Notes: generated by a model from the letters alone, not told the origin. DNA of 64,000 nucleotides from an uncultured Treponema sp. (GCA_964641135.1 CAZXJV010000003.1:2418-66417); one strand, 5' to 3'. Shown: positions 19,362 through 29,104, counted from the stretch's first letter. Numbers and translations: made by a program.

Positions 19362-19453
19362 TATACCTACCGGTCGGTATATTAAGCTGGTGGTTTGTAT
19401 ACCTACCGGTAGGTATACACTTTTGATTCACCTTGTACCTACCGGTAGGTATA
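19362..19453. repeat. three phased palindromic operator-like sites between tetR and the GH13 gene
   Basis: TATACCTACCGGTCGGTATA lies at 19362-19381. TATACCTACCGGTAGGTATA at 19398-19417 is a perfect 20-bp palindrome. TACCTACCGGTAGGTA at 19436-19451 is a perfect 16-bp palindrome. The centres are exactly 36 bp apart. Confidence 0.85.
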
Positions 19454-19543
19454 AAGCATTGTCCAACAGGGTGCAGATAAACCCGGGGTTCCCGGAAGCC
19501 TGTTACATATGGATCGGGCAGGTCTTTCTGCTACAGGGGGCCT

Positions 19544-20122
19544 CTACAGTATGCCGTGCATATACTGATGAATTACTCTTCGGATTCCTTCATCGGTTGG
19601 CTGAAACTGCCCGTTGATCACCGCCAGTGATCGATTATCCATAAGGCCCAAAAAGGTTTGAGCGCAAAGAGCTTCATGGCCGCGTATATTGCCCATTTCG
19701 GGTAGACAGGCACAGAATAACTCATCGATACGGCCGTACAGTGCTTCTGCCAAAGCAGAAAAGGCACGGTGCCCTTCGTTGTCCGGAGCAGCCGCAGAAA
19801 GAGCCAAATATAAACGAACAAAGTGTGGTTCGCGTATTGCCTGCTCCATCGCGGTTCTCATCAGATTCAGAAGGTTAATTGTCAAATCACGCTGATAACT
19901 GGCTGCTTCGGTAATACGGGCATAATAGGGAGAGCCGATATCGGCTACAATGGCGTTAAGTATTCCGTTTTTACTGCCGAACCAATGGTACAACGTTGGT
20001 TTTGTTATTCCTGCTGATTCGCAAATTTCCTGTACCCCGACAGCTTCATAGCCGCGAAGTGCAAATAGAGTCAAAGCCTCTCGAAGAATTACTTCCCGGT
20101 TTCCGCTTGTTTCTGTATTCAT
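19544..20122 (-). CDS. TetR/AcrR family transcriptional regulator
   Basis: ATG at 20122. REVILREALTLFALRGYEAVGVQEICESAGITKPTLYHWFGSKNGIL is the TetR_N HTH. The longer ORF-track N-terminus only translates the operator repeats. Confidence 0.9.
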   Translation of the reverse strand: MNTETSGNREVILREALTLFALRGYEAVGVQEICESAGITKPTLYHWFGSKNGILNAIVADIGSPYYARITEAASYQRDLTINLLNLMRTAMEQAIREPHFVRLYLALSAAAPDNEGHRAFSALAEALYGRIDELFCACLPEMGNIRGHEALCAQTFLGLMDNRSLAVINGQFQPTDEGIRRVIHQYMHGIL

Positions 20123-20130
20123 GGTTGCAG

Positions 20131-20247
20131 TATACCGTTCGGTATAGTCAATGTCAAGCAGTATACTGATCGGTATATAATAATTGTTGTGTACATACCG
20201 GTCGGTATGCAACTGAACTATTAATACTACACACCGGTCGGTATACA
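20131..20247. repeat. four related palindromic operator-like sites upstream of tetR
   Basis: ATACCGTTCGGTAT (20132-20145), ATACTGATCGGTAT (20162-20175), ATACCGGTCGGTAT (20195-20208) and ACACCGGTCGGTAT (20231-20244). They share a core with the 19362-19453 sites. Confidence 0.8.
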
Positions 20248-20249
20248 AC

Positions 20250-20280
20250 AAAAAACCCGGCGGGGAGGAATCCGCCGGGT
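20250..20280 (-). terminator. intrinsic terminator downstream of asnB
   Basis: On the minus strand: ACCCGGCGG, an 8-nt loop, CCGCCGGGT, then TTTTTTG. It begins about 20 nt after the asnB stop. Confidence 0.8.
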
Positions 20281-20298
20281 GAGTGAAGTGATGTCTTT

Positions 20299-21987
20299 TT
20301 AATATGATTGTTCATGAACTCCTGCGACAGCACGGCCTGAAGGATCGTTCATGTTCCTGAACGCAGCATCCCATTCAAGGGCCTTTGCTGTACTGCAGGC
20401 TACGCTCGCTTCATAAGGAACAGTACGAGCCGCGCTTGCAGACGGAAAGCACTCTTCAAAAATGGTTCGGTAGTAATACTGTTCCTTTGTCATGGGAGGG
20501 TTGACCGGGAACCGGTCTGCTGCCCGGGCAAACTGGCTGTCCGGAACTTTTTCTTCACACAAAGCTTTGAGCGAGTCTATCCAGCTGTAGCCAACTCCGT
20601 CCGAGAACTGTTCCTTCTGGCGCCACAGGATATCGGCCGGCAACAGATCCTTAAAAGCTTCACGCAAAACCCATTTTTCTATCCGTTTACTGCCACTGTG
20701 GCGGACTCCTGCTTCGCCTGACAGTTTATCTGCCGGATCAATCGTCATTGCTACATCAATGAATTCTTTATCAAGGAAGGGTACCCGTCCTTCAACCCCC
20801 CATGCGGCCAGGGATTTATTCGCCCTCAAACAATCATATAAATGCAGTTTCGAAAGTTTGCGTACAGTTTCTTCGTGCAGTTCTTTAGCATCGGGGGCTT
20901 TATGGAAATACAGGTAGCCCCCGAATAACTCATCGGAGCCCTCTCCTGAAAGCACCATCTTGATTCCCATTGCCTTGATCGCCCGTGACAGCAGATACAT
21001 TGGTGTACTGGCTCTGATGGTTGTAATATCATAGGTTTCCAGGTGGTAGATCACATCCCGGATTGCATCAAGCCCTTCCTGTACGGTGAAGTGGATCTCA
21101 TGGTGTACCGTCCCGATATGATCGGCAGCTTTTTGGGCTGCGGCCAGGTCTGGCGAACCGGCAAGGCCGACAGCAAAAGAATGCAGGCGCGGCCACCATG
21201 CTCCCTGTGTATCGTCAGATTCAATACGCTTGTCGGCGAATTTTTGGGTTATGGTTGCGATGAGCGATGAATCAAGCCCGCCGGACAACAGAACCCCATA
21301 GGGTACGTCGCTCATCAATTGACGTTTAACTGCCGATTCCAGGGCTGCACGCAGGGCTGCCAGGTTTGTTTTCGCACCCTGAACTCCGGACCACTCCATC
21401 CAGTCCCGTTTATACCATGTACGTTCCTTTTTTTCCGGACTGTACAACAGGTTGCCTGGCTGAAAACTGCGAATTTCTGTACAAACGCCCTCAAGGGCTT
21501 TCATCTCGCTGGCTACATAATAGCGGCCCTCGGTATCCCATCCCTGATACAGGGGGATAATTCCAATATGATCCCTTGCAACAAGATAGCAATCCTTTTC
21601 AATATCATAGAGGGCAAACGCAAAAATACCGTTCAAGTCTTCCAGAAGTTCCGGCCCTTTATCCCGGTACAGTGCCAGAATAACTTCACAGTCAGATTGT
21701 GTTAAAAAATCATACCGTCCTGCATACCGTTCACGAATTTCGCGGTGGTTGTATATTTCGCCGTTAACAGCAAGCACGAGTTTACCGTCCTTGCTGAACA
21801 GGGGCTGTTTTCCCGAAAGAGGGTCCACTATGGCCAGACGCTCGTGGGCGAGCATGGCATGGTCTCCCGACCAGATACCTGACCAGTCCGGTCCTCGATG
21901 ACGCAAACTTTTGGCCATTTTCAGAATTTGATTCCGGAATGGTTCCGTTGTCTGCTTGATCTCAAAGGCACCTACAATTCCGCACAT
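20299..21987 (-). CDS. asnB: asparagine synthase (glutamine-hydrolysing)
   Basis: MCGIVGA provides the N-terminal nucleophile Cys2. SGGLDSS is the PP-loop. The length of 562 aa fits. Confidence 0.95.
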   Translation of the reverse strand: MCGIVGAFEIKQTTEPFRNQILKMAKSLRHRGPDWSGIWSGDHAMLAHERLAIVDPLSGKQPLFSKDGKLVLAVNGEIYNHREIRERYAGRYDFLTQSDCEVILALYRDKGPELLEDLNGIFAFALYDIEKDCYLVARDHIGIIPLYQGWDTEGRYYVASEMKALEGVCTEIRSFQPGNLLYSPEKKERTWYKRDWMEWSGVQGAKTNLAALRAALESAVKRQLMSDVPYGVLLSGGLDSSLIATITQKFADKRIESDDTQGAWWPRLHSFAVGLAGSPDLAAAQKAADHIGTVHHEIHFTVQEGLDAIRDVIYHLETYDITTIRASTPMYLLSRAIKAMGIKMVLSGEGSDELFGGYLYFHKAPDAKELHEETVRKLSKLHLYDCLRANKSLAAWGVEGRVPFLDKEFIDVAMTIDPADKLSGEAGVRHSGSKRIEKWVLREAFKDLLPADILWRQKEQFSDGVGYSWIDSLKALCEEKVPDSQFARAADRFPVNPPMTKEQYYYRTIFEECFPSASAARTVPYEASVACSTAKALEWDAAFRNMNDPSGRAVAGVHEQSY

Positions 21988-22061
21988 GGTCCATTCCTCC
22001 TGGCATTCTGTAAAGGAGACCTCAAAAACTTCAGTTTCCGGAGGTCCCCTGAAATCTATAC

Positions 22062-22111
22062 AAAAAGGGCTTCCGGACGTGCGTCATTCACTGACGCACG
22101 TCCGGAAGCCC
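22062..22111 (-). terminator. strong intrinsic-terminator hairpin inside the asnB 5' leader (candidate attenuator or sRNA 3' end)
   Basis: The minus strand reads GGGCTTCCGGACGTGCGTCA-GTGAA-TGACGCACGTCCGGAAGCCC followed by TTTTTG. The stem is a perfect 20 bp. It lies 75-125 nt upstream of the asnB ATG. No minus-strand gene ends here. Confidence 0.65.
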
Positions 22112-22277
22112 CGTTGCTTCTCTGCGACTCCCCTGATACTAACCCAGCTGAAAAAAAGAATCAAGCTATAGTTGTATAAATATACACAAAAAATGCATGA
22201 AAATCGATTGTATTGAGCGGGAACCGCACATTTGACAGGCATGTGCGCAGATGTAATACTGTCTGAGAGAGGACGTA

Positions 22278-23039
22278 ATGAAACAGCTGCCTGTTATAGT
22301 TAGTCTTATATGCCTGTGCTGTGTACATGCAGAAACGATCATGTTGCTCGCACCGGATTATCCTCCATTTACACCCCACGGAGGCCGCCCGGGCATCTGG
22401 TGCGAGCTGGTTAGTGAAGCCTATGCCCTGGAAGGTATTACAGTGCAGTGGACGGTATATCCCATTCAGCGGGGCAATCTTATGGTAAGCCGTGGTGAGT
22501 CTCTTGCTATCGTTAACAGTGAAATTGCGTTTGATGATACAAGTTCTGTTTTTATGCCGACAGCCTCTTTCTTTTATGTAGATGTAGGGGTTTTTTTTAA
22601 GGGATCCCGGTTACCGGACTCTTTTCGTGTAGACCATCCCGGCCAGCTTTCTGCCTGGAGGGTAGGGGGGCTGCGTGGCACCGGTTCTATCCAGGTTATG
22701 CGAACACATAATGTACCTATCGAGATTTCCGACACAATTGAATCCATGACCCTGAAGCTTTCGGTAGACCGTCTGGATATGATGCTTCTTGGTGATCTGA
22801 CCGGCCTTGATGCTCTGCATACCTACCTTCCGTCCGTACATCAATCATACAGATATGCTTCGGTATATCAGTCGCCGATCAATCTGATTTTTTCCCGCAC
22901 TTTTCCGGATTCCCGGCGCTATGCCGACTTCTGGGCAAGCGGATTGTCCAAACTTCGCAGCAGCGGCAGGTATCTGGAGATTATCGGGTCATATTATCCT
23001 GACGGTAAAATCAATCCAATGGTCCTGATCAGGCCGTAA
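22278..23039 (+). CDS. periplasmic substrate-binding domain protein (family 3 SBP-like), orphan
   Basis: Signal peptide MKQLPVIVSLICLCCVHA. The overall pattern (APDYPPF..., RGTGS...) resembles amino-acid-type SBPs. No adjacent permease or ATPase gene. Confidence 0.5.
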   Translation: MKQLPVIVSLICLCCVHAETIMLLAPDYPPFTPHGGRPGIWCELVSEAYALEGITVQWTVYPIQRGNLMVSRGESLAIVNSEIAFDDTSSVFMPTASFFYVDVGVFFKGSRLPDSFRVDHPGQLSAWRVGGLRGTGSIQVMRTHNVPIEISDTIESMTLKLSVDRLDMMLLGDLTGLDALHTYLPSVHQSYRYASVYQSPINLIFSRTFPDSRRYADFWASGLSKLRSSGRYLEIIGSYYPDGKINPMVLIRP

Positions 23040-23046
23040 ACCCTGA

Positions 23047-26000
23047 TTATTTGAAGATTGCTACAATGTCATGCGGCTCAAGTACCATACTTGTGCCCCG
23101 TTCCAGGCATTGGGCAAAGGCACCAGCGGTGTCAAGACTGGTCAAACAGGCACAGTTATGCTCAACAGCTGAGCGGCGAATCCGGAAACCGTCCCTGTTT
23201 TTATCCCGGCCGCGTGTAGGCGTGTTGATGATAAGGGCCAGCTCTCCTTTCTGCAATGCATCCAGAATATTCGGCGAAGCTTCGCTTGGGCGGTTTATTT
23301 TCTGGCAGTCTACACCATTAGACATCAGATATTTCCAGGTGCCTTCGGTAGCAACGATACGCCATCCGGCATTTGCATACCGGCGAATTACTGGCAATCC
23401 CTCCGTATAGTCTCTTTCCCGCAATGAAACAGCAATAGTTCCCCGTCCGTCTGCCCCTGCGCGGATCTTTAATCCCGATGCACGGAAACCCTTGTACAGG
23501 GCATCGGCCCAGTTCCGGGCGATTCCCAGGGCTTCTCCGGTGCTTTTCATTTCCGGTCCAAGAGCGGTTTCCACACCGTGAAGCTTTTCGAAAGAAAATA
23601 CCGGCATTTTTACTGCACTGTAGCTTGATTCCGGGTACAAACCTGTTCCCCAGCCCATGTCCGCCAGCTTTTCGCCAAACATGCAGCGGGTTGCCAGCTC
23701 CACTATCGGTACACCGGTCACCTTGCTGATATACGGTACAGTGCGGCTCGATCTCGGGTTAACTTCTATAACAAAGATCTCGTCGCCTTTTGCAATAAAC
23801 TGGATGTTAATCAGACCGATAACCTTCAATTCTTTTGCAAGACGGGCTGAATAGTCTGCCAGTCGGGCCTTTTGTTCAGCTGTCAAATTGGGAGCCGGGT
23901 ACACAGATATACTGTCGCCGGAATGGATTCCGGTTCGTTCTATATGTTCCATAATTCCCGGTATCAGAATATCTGTGCCGTCGCATACAGCATCCACTTC
24001 TGCCTCGGTCCCCTCAATATATTTATCAACCAGGATCGGGTTGTCCTGTTGAACCTGATTTATGATATCCATAAATTCAACAATATCCGAATCACACCAG
24101 GCAATTTCCATTCCCTGACCGCCAAGTACATAGGATGGCCTGACAAGAACGGGATATCCAAGTTCGTTCGCAGCCTGGAGGGCTTCAGGTGTAGTTAACA
24201 CCGTTTTACCTGCAGCGCGCGGTATTGCGGTTGCGGCAAGGACCCGGTCAAACAGCTCGCGATCTTCTGCTCTGTCGACATCACGTGCAGATGTTCCCAG
24301 TATGGGTACTCCCAAACCGGATATTGCTTTTGTCAGTTTTATTGCAGTTTGACCGCCAAACTGAACAACAGCGCCGACCGGGCGTTCATTTTCCACAATA
24401 CTTTCAACATCCTCAGGTGTCAGCGGTTCAAAATACAAACGGTCGGCAATATCAAAATCTGTACTTACTGTTTCGGGATTGCTGTTTGCTATGATTGTTT
24501 CATAGCCCATTTCTTCCAGGGCCCACACACAATGAACAGAACAATAGTCAAACTCTATACCCTGCCCGATGCGGATAGGACCTGAACCAAGAACAAGAAC
24601 CTTGCCCTTGTCGGGGCTCGCAGAATCCGGCCGCCGCCCGGCCCCGATAATATGACTGGCGTACTCTTCATCGCTGGCTTCGTTTACCGAGTTGTAGTTT
24701 GAGAAAAAATAGGGCGTCTGGGCTTCAAACTCTCCGGCACACGTATCAACCATATTGTAGCCGGGTATAATTCCATGCCGTTTGCGCAGATATCTGACCT
24801 CTTTTTCGTCTACATTCAGAAGGCGGGCAATTTCACGGTCAGGAAAACCTGCTTTTTTGGCTTCCATAAGGGTGTCATAGTCCCTGGCCCCGAACGAAAT
24901 ACGTTTTTCTATTTCCAGAATGTGCATCAGCCGGTCAAGAAACCACAGGTCTATTTTGGTAATTTCATGAATTTCTTCCGGGCTTGTACCTCTGCGCATC
25001 AGTTCGCTGATTTCCCATAACCGCTCATCGCTGATTTTTTCTGTTATGCGCTTCATTAATTCAGCGGTTTCCATTACAGAAAACTTGCGATGCCACAGGG
25101 AAAACACATTCTGTTCCAGCGAGCGGATCGCCTTCATCAAGGCACCTTCAAAACTGGCGCTTATGGCCATGACCTCTCCGGTTGCCTGCATCTGGGTTCC
25201 CAGCTTGCGTTTTGCATTGACAAACTTGTCAAACGGCCATCGAGGTATCTTTACCACACAATAGTCCAACGCAGGTTCAAAGCAGGCGTAGGTTTTTCCG
25301 GTTACCGAGTTTTTTATTTCATCAAGGGTGTATCCCAAAGCTATCCGGCTTGAAACCTTTGCAATCGGATATCCGGTTGCCTTTGATGCCAGGGCCGACG
25401 AACGGCTTACACGCGGATTTACCTCGATAACAGCGTAATCCGAGGAGTCGGGATGAAGGGCATACTGTACATTACAGCCGCCTTCAACACCGAGAGCGTT
25501 AATGATATTGATGGCACTTGTGCGCAGCATCTGATGATCCTTGTCGGACAGGGTCTGGCTTGGTGCGACAACTATCGAATCTCCGGTGTGAACACCGACC
25601 GGATCAAAGTTTTCCATGTTGCAAACGATGATACAGTTGCCGGCAGCATCGCGGATAACCTCATATTCAATCTCCTTCCAGCCTGAGATACATTTTTCTA
25701 TAAGAACCTGTCCAACTCGCGACAGAGCCAGTCCGTTAGGGGCGATTTCTTCCAGTTCACCTTCGTTTGCAGCTATCCCGCCGCCCGATCCGCCCAGTGT
25801 ATAGGCCGGGCGGACTATTACCGGAAAGCCGATTTCCCGCGCAAAATCACGGGCATCTTCGTAGGTTGTTACCACCTTGGAGATGATGCAGGGTTCCCCT
25901 ATAGACTCCATCGTGTCCTTGAATGCCTGCCGGTCTTCAGCCTTTTTAATCGTTTCGCTTTTTGTGCCCAGCAGTCGTACATTACGGTCCTCAAGCCAGC

Positions 26001-26316
26001 CGGAATCAGCCAGTTCCATAGCCAGATTAAGCCCTGTTTGACCGCCCAGCGTCGGCAGGATGGAATCAGGTTTTTCTATTTCAATAATCCGCTTTACCGT
26101 ATCAACTGTCAGCGGTTCGATATACACACGGTCTGCAATATCGCGATCGGTCATGATGGTCGCGGGGTTTGAATTGATCAGGACAACCTCAAGGCCCTCT
26201 TCTTTAAGGGTCCGGCAGGCCTGTGTTCCGGCGTAATCAAATTCGGCTGCCTGACCAATAATGATCGGACCTGAACCGATAACCAGGACTTTTTGTATTG
26301 ACGGGTTGCGCGGCAT
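23047..26316 (-). CDS. carB: carbamoyl-phosphate synthase large subunit
   Basis: 1089 aa with duplicated ATP-grasp halves (VLVIGSGPIIIGQAAEFDYAG and VLVLGSGPIRIGQGIEFDY) and a C-terminal MGS-like domain. Confidence 0.97.
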   Translation of the reverse strand: MPRNPSIQKVLVIGSGPIIIGQAAEFDYAGTQACRTLKEEGLEVVLINSNPATIMTDRDIADRVYIEPLTVDTVKRIIEIEKPDSILPTLGGQTGLNLAMELADSGWLEDRNVRLLGTKSETIKKAEDRQAFKDTMESIGEPCIISKVVTTYEDARDFAREIGFPVIVRPAYTLGGSGGGIAANEGELEEIAPNGLALSRVGQVLIEKCISGWKEIEYEVIRDAAGNCIIVCNMENFDPVGVHTGDSIVVAPSQTLSDKDHQMLRTSAINIINALGVEGGCNVQYALHPDSSDYAVIEVNPRVSRSSALASKATGYPIAKVSSRIALGYTLDEIKNSVTGKTYACFEPALDYCVVKIPRWPFDKFVNAKRKLGTQMQATGEVMAISASFEGALMKAIRSLEQNVFSLWHRKFSVMETAELMKRITEKISDERLWEISELMRRGTSPEEIHEITKIDLWFLDRLMHILEIEKRISFGARDYDTLMEAKKAGFPDREIARLLNVDEKEVRYLRKRHGIIPGYNMVDTCAGEFEAQTPYFFSNYNSVNEASDEEYASHIIGAGRRPDSASPDKGKVLVLGSGPIRIGQGIEFDYCSVHCVWALEEMGYETIIANSNPETVSTDFDIADRLYFEPLTPEDVESIVENERPVGAVVQFGGQTAIKLTKAISGLGVPILGTSARDVDRAEDRELFDRVLAATAIPRAAGKTVLTTPEALQAANELGYPVLVRPSYVLGGQGMEIAWCDSDIVEFMDIINQVQQDNPILVDKYIEGTEAEVDAVCDGTDILIPGIMEHIERTGIHSGDSISVYPAPNLTAEQKARLADYSARLAKELKVIGLINIQFIAKGDEIFVIEVNPRSSRTVPYISKVTGVPIVELATRCMFGEKLADMGWGTGLYPESSYSAVKMPVFSFEKLHGVETALGPEMKSTGEALGIARNWADALYKGFRASGLKIRAGADGRGTIAVSLRERDYTEGLPVIRRYANAGWRIVATEGTWKYLMSNGVDCQKINRPSEASPNILDALQKGELALIINTPTRGRDKNRDGFRIRRSAVEHNCACLTSLDTAGAFAQCLERGTSMVLEPHDIVAIFK

Positions 26317-26317
26317 A

Positions 26318-27400
26318 TCAGTGTGCTCCTTTTGTGCTGTCTATCAGAGACATGAAGGTGTCAAAAAGGTAGGCGGTTTCCCGCGGTCCGGGACTGGCTT
26401 CAGGATGAAACTGAACCGAGGAAACAGGTTTGTTTTTGAAACGCAGCCCTTCAACTGAACCGTCATTGACATTAATATGGCTTATTTCTGCTACCGCAGC
26501 ATCAACGGTATCCGGTATTACACAATAGCCGTGATTCTGGCTGGACATATACACCCGCCCTGTTGCAAGGTCCTTGACCGGATGATTCGCGCCGCGATGG
26601 CCGAATTTGAGCCGCCCGGTGTCAAACCCGGCAGCAAGAGCCAGAAGCTGATGCCCGAGACAGATCGAAAAAAGCGGAATGCCTGAATCTGCCAGCTCAC
26701 GGATGTGCCTGAGAATTCCGGAACAGTCCTTGGGGTCACCGGGACCGTTGGAAAGCATAATGCCGTCCGGTTCGGAGTCGAGGATAATGTATGCCGGCGT
26801 GTCCCAGGGCCATACTGTGACAGTACAGTCGCGGGCAAGGAGGGAGTTGATAATGTTCTGCTTCGCTCCGAAGTCCATCAGGGCAATTCTCCTGCTTCCC
26901 GTTCCACAGGTTTCGGGATGTTTACGGCTTACGCGTATAACACTGTGACGGACTGTCCACTCGCGTATTTCCGGCAGGCGGATGCCGGGTTCACCGGGGC
27001 GCTGGGGTGTTATCAGTCCATTCATGGTACCGTTTTCCCGCAGTGTTCTGGTCAGCGCCCGGGTATCTATATCGGAAAGCACCGGAATCCGGTTTCGCGC
27101 CATATAGTCGGCAAATGATTCTTCGTTTCGGTAATTGCTCGGGAAACGTGCCAGCTCGCGTACAATAAGGGCCGAAAGCCAGGGCTTTGATGATTCTGTA
27201 TCTGATTTATTCGCTCCGTAGTTGCCGATCATGGGATAGGTTAATACGACAGCCTGCCCCTCGTAGGACGGATCCGTTACTGTCTCCTGATATCCTGTCA
27301 TTGAGGTTGTAAACACAACCTCGCACAGTACCTCTTTTTCCTCTCCGTGAAGGGTGCCTTCAAAGACCGTTCCGTCTTCCAGAATCAGATAACCTTTCAT
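26318..27400 (-). CDS. carA: carbamoyl-phosphate synthase small (glutaminase) subunit
   Basis: The motifs SICLGHQLL (catalytic Cys) and VQFHPE identify a class I amidotransferase. It sits directly upstream of carB. Confidence 0.95.
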   Translation of the reverse strand: MKGYLILEDGTVFEGTLHGEEKEVLCEVVFTTSMTGYQETVTDPSYEGQAVVLTYPMIGNYGANKSDTESSKPWLSALIVRELARFPSNYRNEESFADYMARNRIPVLSDIDTRALTRTLRENGTMNGLITPQRPGEPGIRLPEIREWTVRHSVIRVSRKHPETCGTGSRRIALMDFGAKQNIINSLLARDCTVTVWPWDTPAYIILDSEPDGIMLSNGPGDPKDCSGILRHIRELADSGIPLFSICLGHQLLALAAGFDTGRLKFGHRGANHPVKDLATGRVYMSSQNHGYCVIPDTVDAAVAEISHINVNDGSVEGLRFKNKPVSSVQFHPEASPGPRETAYLFDTFMSLIDSTKGAH

Positions 27401-27679
27401 TTTTGCCTCGTTTGGTGGCTTGCACCGCTGTTACTGTATCATGTCACCCGCTTTGATGCAATATTTTCATGAAAAATCCTTCTGACAATTGATTTTTATG
27501 TAAAAATGAAAATACAACTGTTTATTTCTGAATAATTATGCTTTTATTGCGGTGTATTGTCCTAAAACAAATAGTATTTATGATGTCAAACAGTATAAAC
27601 AATAAAAAACTGGTTTTTTCCTGAAAAATAGTACTCAAAAAACGGGTTTCCGGAAAAAACACCAATCGTTACAATCTTT

Positions 27680-27713
27680 AAAAAAACAAAAAAAGTCCCG
27701 GTTTCCCGGGACT
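27680..27713 (-). terminator. intrinsic terminator downstream of glnA
   Basis: On the minus strand: AGTCCCGG-GAAA-CCGGGACT followed by TTTTTTTGTTTTTTT. It starts about 60 nt after the glnA stop. Confidence 0.85.
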
Positions 27714-27772
27714 GTATCCAACAGGCTGCCGACAACTCGATCCGTGTCATCAGCCTGTACGCTTGTGTTGAA

Positions 27773-29104
27773 TCAATATTTTGCCAGATAGTTATCCACT
27801 TCCCATTTGGTTATTCGGGTTTTATAATCCAGCCACTCCAGTTCTTTTGCTTCGATGTATTTTTCAAAACTGTGTTCACCAAGGACATCCCTGATCAGCG
27901 TGTCTTTTTTCATTTCCGCGAGAGCTTCTCCAAGATCTGCCGGCAGGGCTTCAACCTTGCGGCGTTTGCGTTCGGCCGGGCTTAACTCATAGATGTTTCC
28001 ATCAACCGCAGGCGGCGGCTGCATTTTTTGTTCAATCCCTTCAAGTCCGGCAGCGAGTACCAGAGCCAGTGCAAGATACGGATTTGCTGACGGATCAGGA
28101 CTGCGAAGCTCAACGCGACTTGAATGTCCGGTAGCTGTGGGAATCCGGATCAGCGGGCTCCGGTTGCGGGCTGACCAGGCAATGTACACAGGGGCTTCAT
28201 ATTCCGGAACCAGACGTTTATATGAATTAACCAGGGGGTTGGTAATTGCCGTTATACCCTTCATGTGTCTCATGATGCCTGCAATAAAATGATAAGCCTG
28301 TGGAGACAGTCCGTTCGGATCCTTTTCATTCCAGAAAGCATTTTCGTGGCCCTGCGACAAAGACATGTTCAGGTGCATACCGGAGCCTGCAATACCGAAG
28401 ATCGGTTTGGGCATAAAGGTTGCATGCAGTCCATGACGGTGGGCTATTGTTTTTACTGCAAGCTTGAACGTCATCATCCGGTCAGCAGCTTCAAGGGCCT
28501 CGCAATATTTAAAGTCAATTTCATGCTGACCGTGAGCGCATTCGTGATGCGACGCTTCGATCTCGAATCCCATTTCTTCCAGGGTCAAAACCATATCTCG
28601 CCGGGCATTTTCTCCCAGATCAATCGGCCCCATGTCAAAATACCCTCCGGTATCCATGGTCCGCAAGGTCGGTTCTCCCTGCTCATTCGTATGGAAAAGG
28701 AAGAACTCCAGTTCCGGGCCCACGTTCAACGAGTATCCCATGTCGGAACATTTGGCGAGCACGTTTTTCAGAACCTGGCGCGGCGAACCAAGGAATGGTG
28801 TCCCGTCAGGCTTGTAAACATCACAGATCAGCCGGGCAACCCGGTTTGGTCCTGCCCTCCAGGGAAACAGACAGAAGGTGTTCAGGTCGGGGCGGAGCAT
28901 CATGTCCGATTCTTCGATACGTACAAAGCCTTCTATGGAAGAGCCGTCAAACATACATTTGTTTTCCAGGGCTTTTTCCAGCTGTGAGATTGTTATAGCA
29001 ACATTCTTGAGCGTTCCGAAAATATCGGTAAACTGAAGGCGTATAAACCGCACATCGTTTTCAGCAACAAGCTTGATAATATCGTCTTTGGTATAATTGA
29101 ACAT
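27773..29104 (-). CDS. glnA: type I glutamine synthetase
   Basis: ATG at 29104 gives [30 protein letters not shown]. Typical GS-I motifs are present ([22 protein letters not shown]). 443 aa. Confidence 0.95.
   Translation of the reverse strand: MFNYTKDDIIKLVAENDVRFIRLQFTDIFGTLKNVAITISQLEKALENKCMFDGSSIEGFVRIEESDMMLRPDLNTFCLFPWRAGPNRVARLICDVYKPDGTPFLGSPRQVLKNVLAKCSDMGYSLNVGPELEFFLFHTNEQGEPTLRTMDTGGYFDMGPIDLGENARRDMVLTLEEMGFEIEASHHECAHGQHEIDFKYCEALEAADRMMTFKLAVKTIAHRHGLHATFMPKPIFGIAGSGMHLNMSLSQGHENAFWNEKDPNGLSPQAYHFIAGIMRHMKGITAITNPLVNSYKRLVPEYEAPVYIAWSARNRSPLIRIPTATGHSSRVELRSPDPSANPYLALALVLAAGLEGIEQKMQPPPAVDGNIYELSPAERKRRKVEALPADLGEALAEMKKDTLIRDVLGEHSFEKYIEAKELEWLDYKTRITKWEVDNYLAKY

Noticed and set aside
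19362-19453. A mini-CRISPR interpretation of the evenly spaced 36-bp-period repeats
   Set aside because: There are only three copies. The repeats are 16-20-bp perfect palindromes, with related copies on the other side of a TetR gene, and no cas genes are present. Operator sites explain them better.
19282-19617. 111-aa ORF with a repeated PTGRY peptide motif
   Set aside because: The peptide repeat is simply the translation of the three palindromic operator sites. The ORF runs from inside the GH13 gene, across the intergenic spacer, into the antisense strand of tetR.
27401-27772. tRNA, rRNA fragment, PyrR attenuator or mobile-element end in the AT-rich spacer
   Set aside because: There is no cloverleaf-compatible sequence, no ARUCCAGAGAGG-type PyrR loop and no terminal inverted repeats. 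No flanking direct repeats or recombinase gene are present either. Only the glnA terminator and promoter-like AT tracts are evident.
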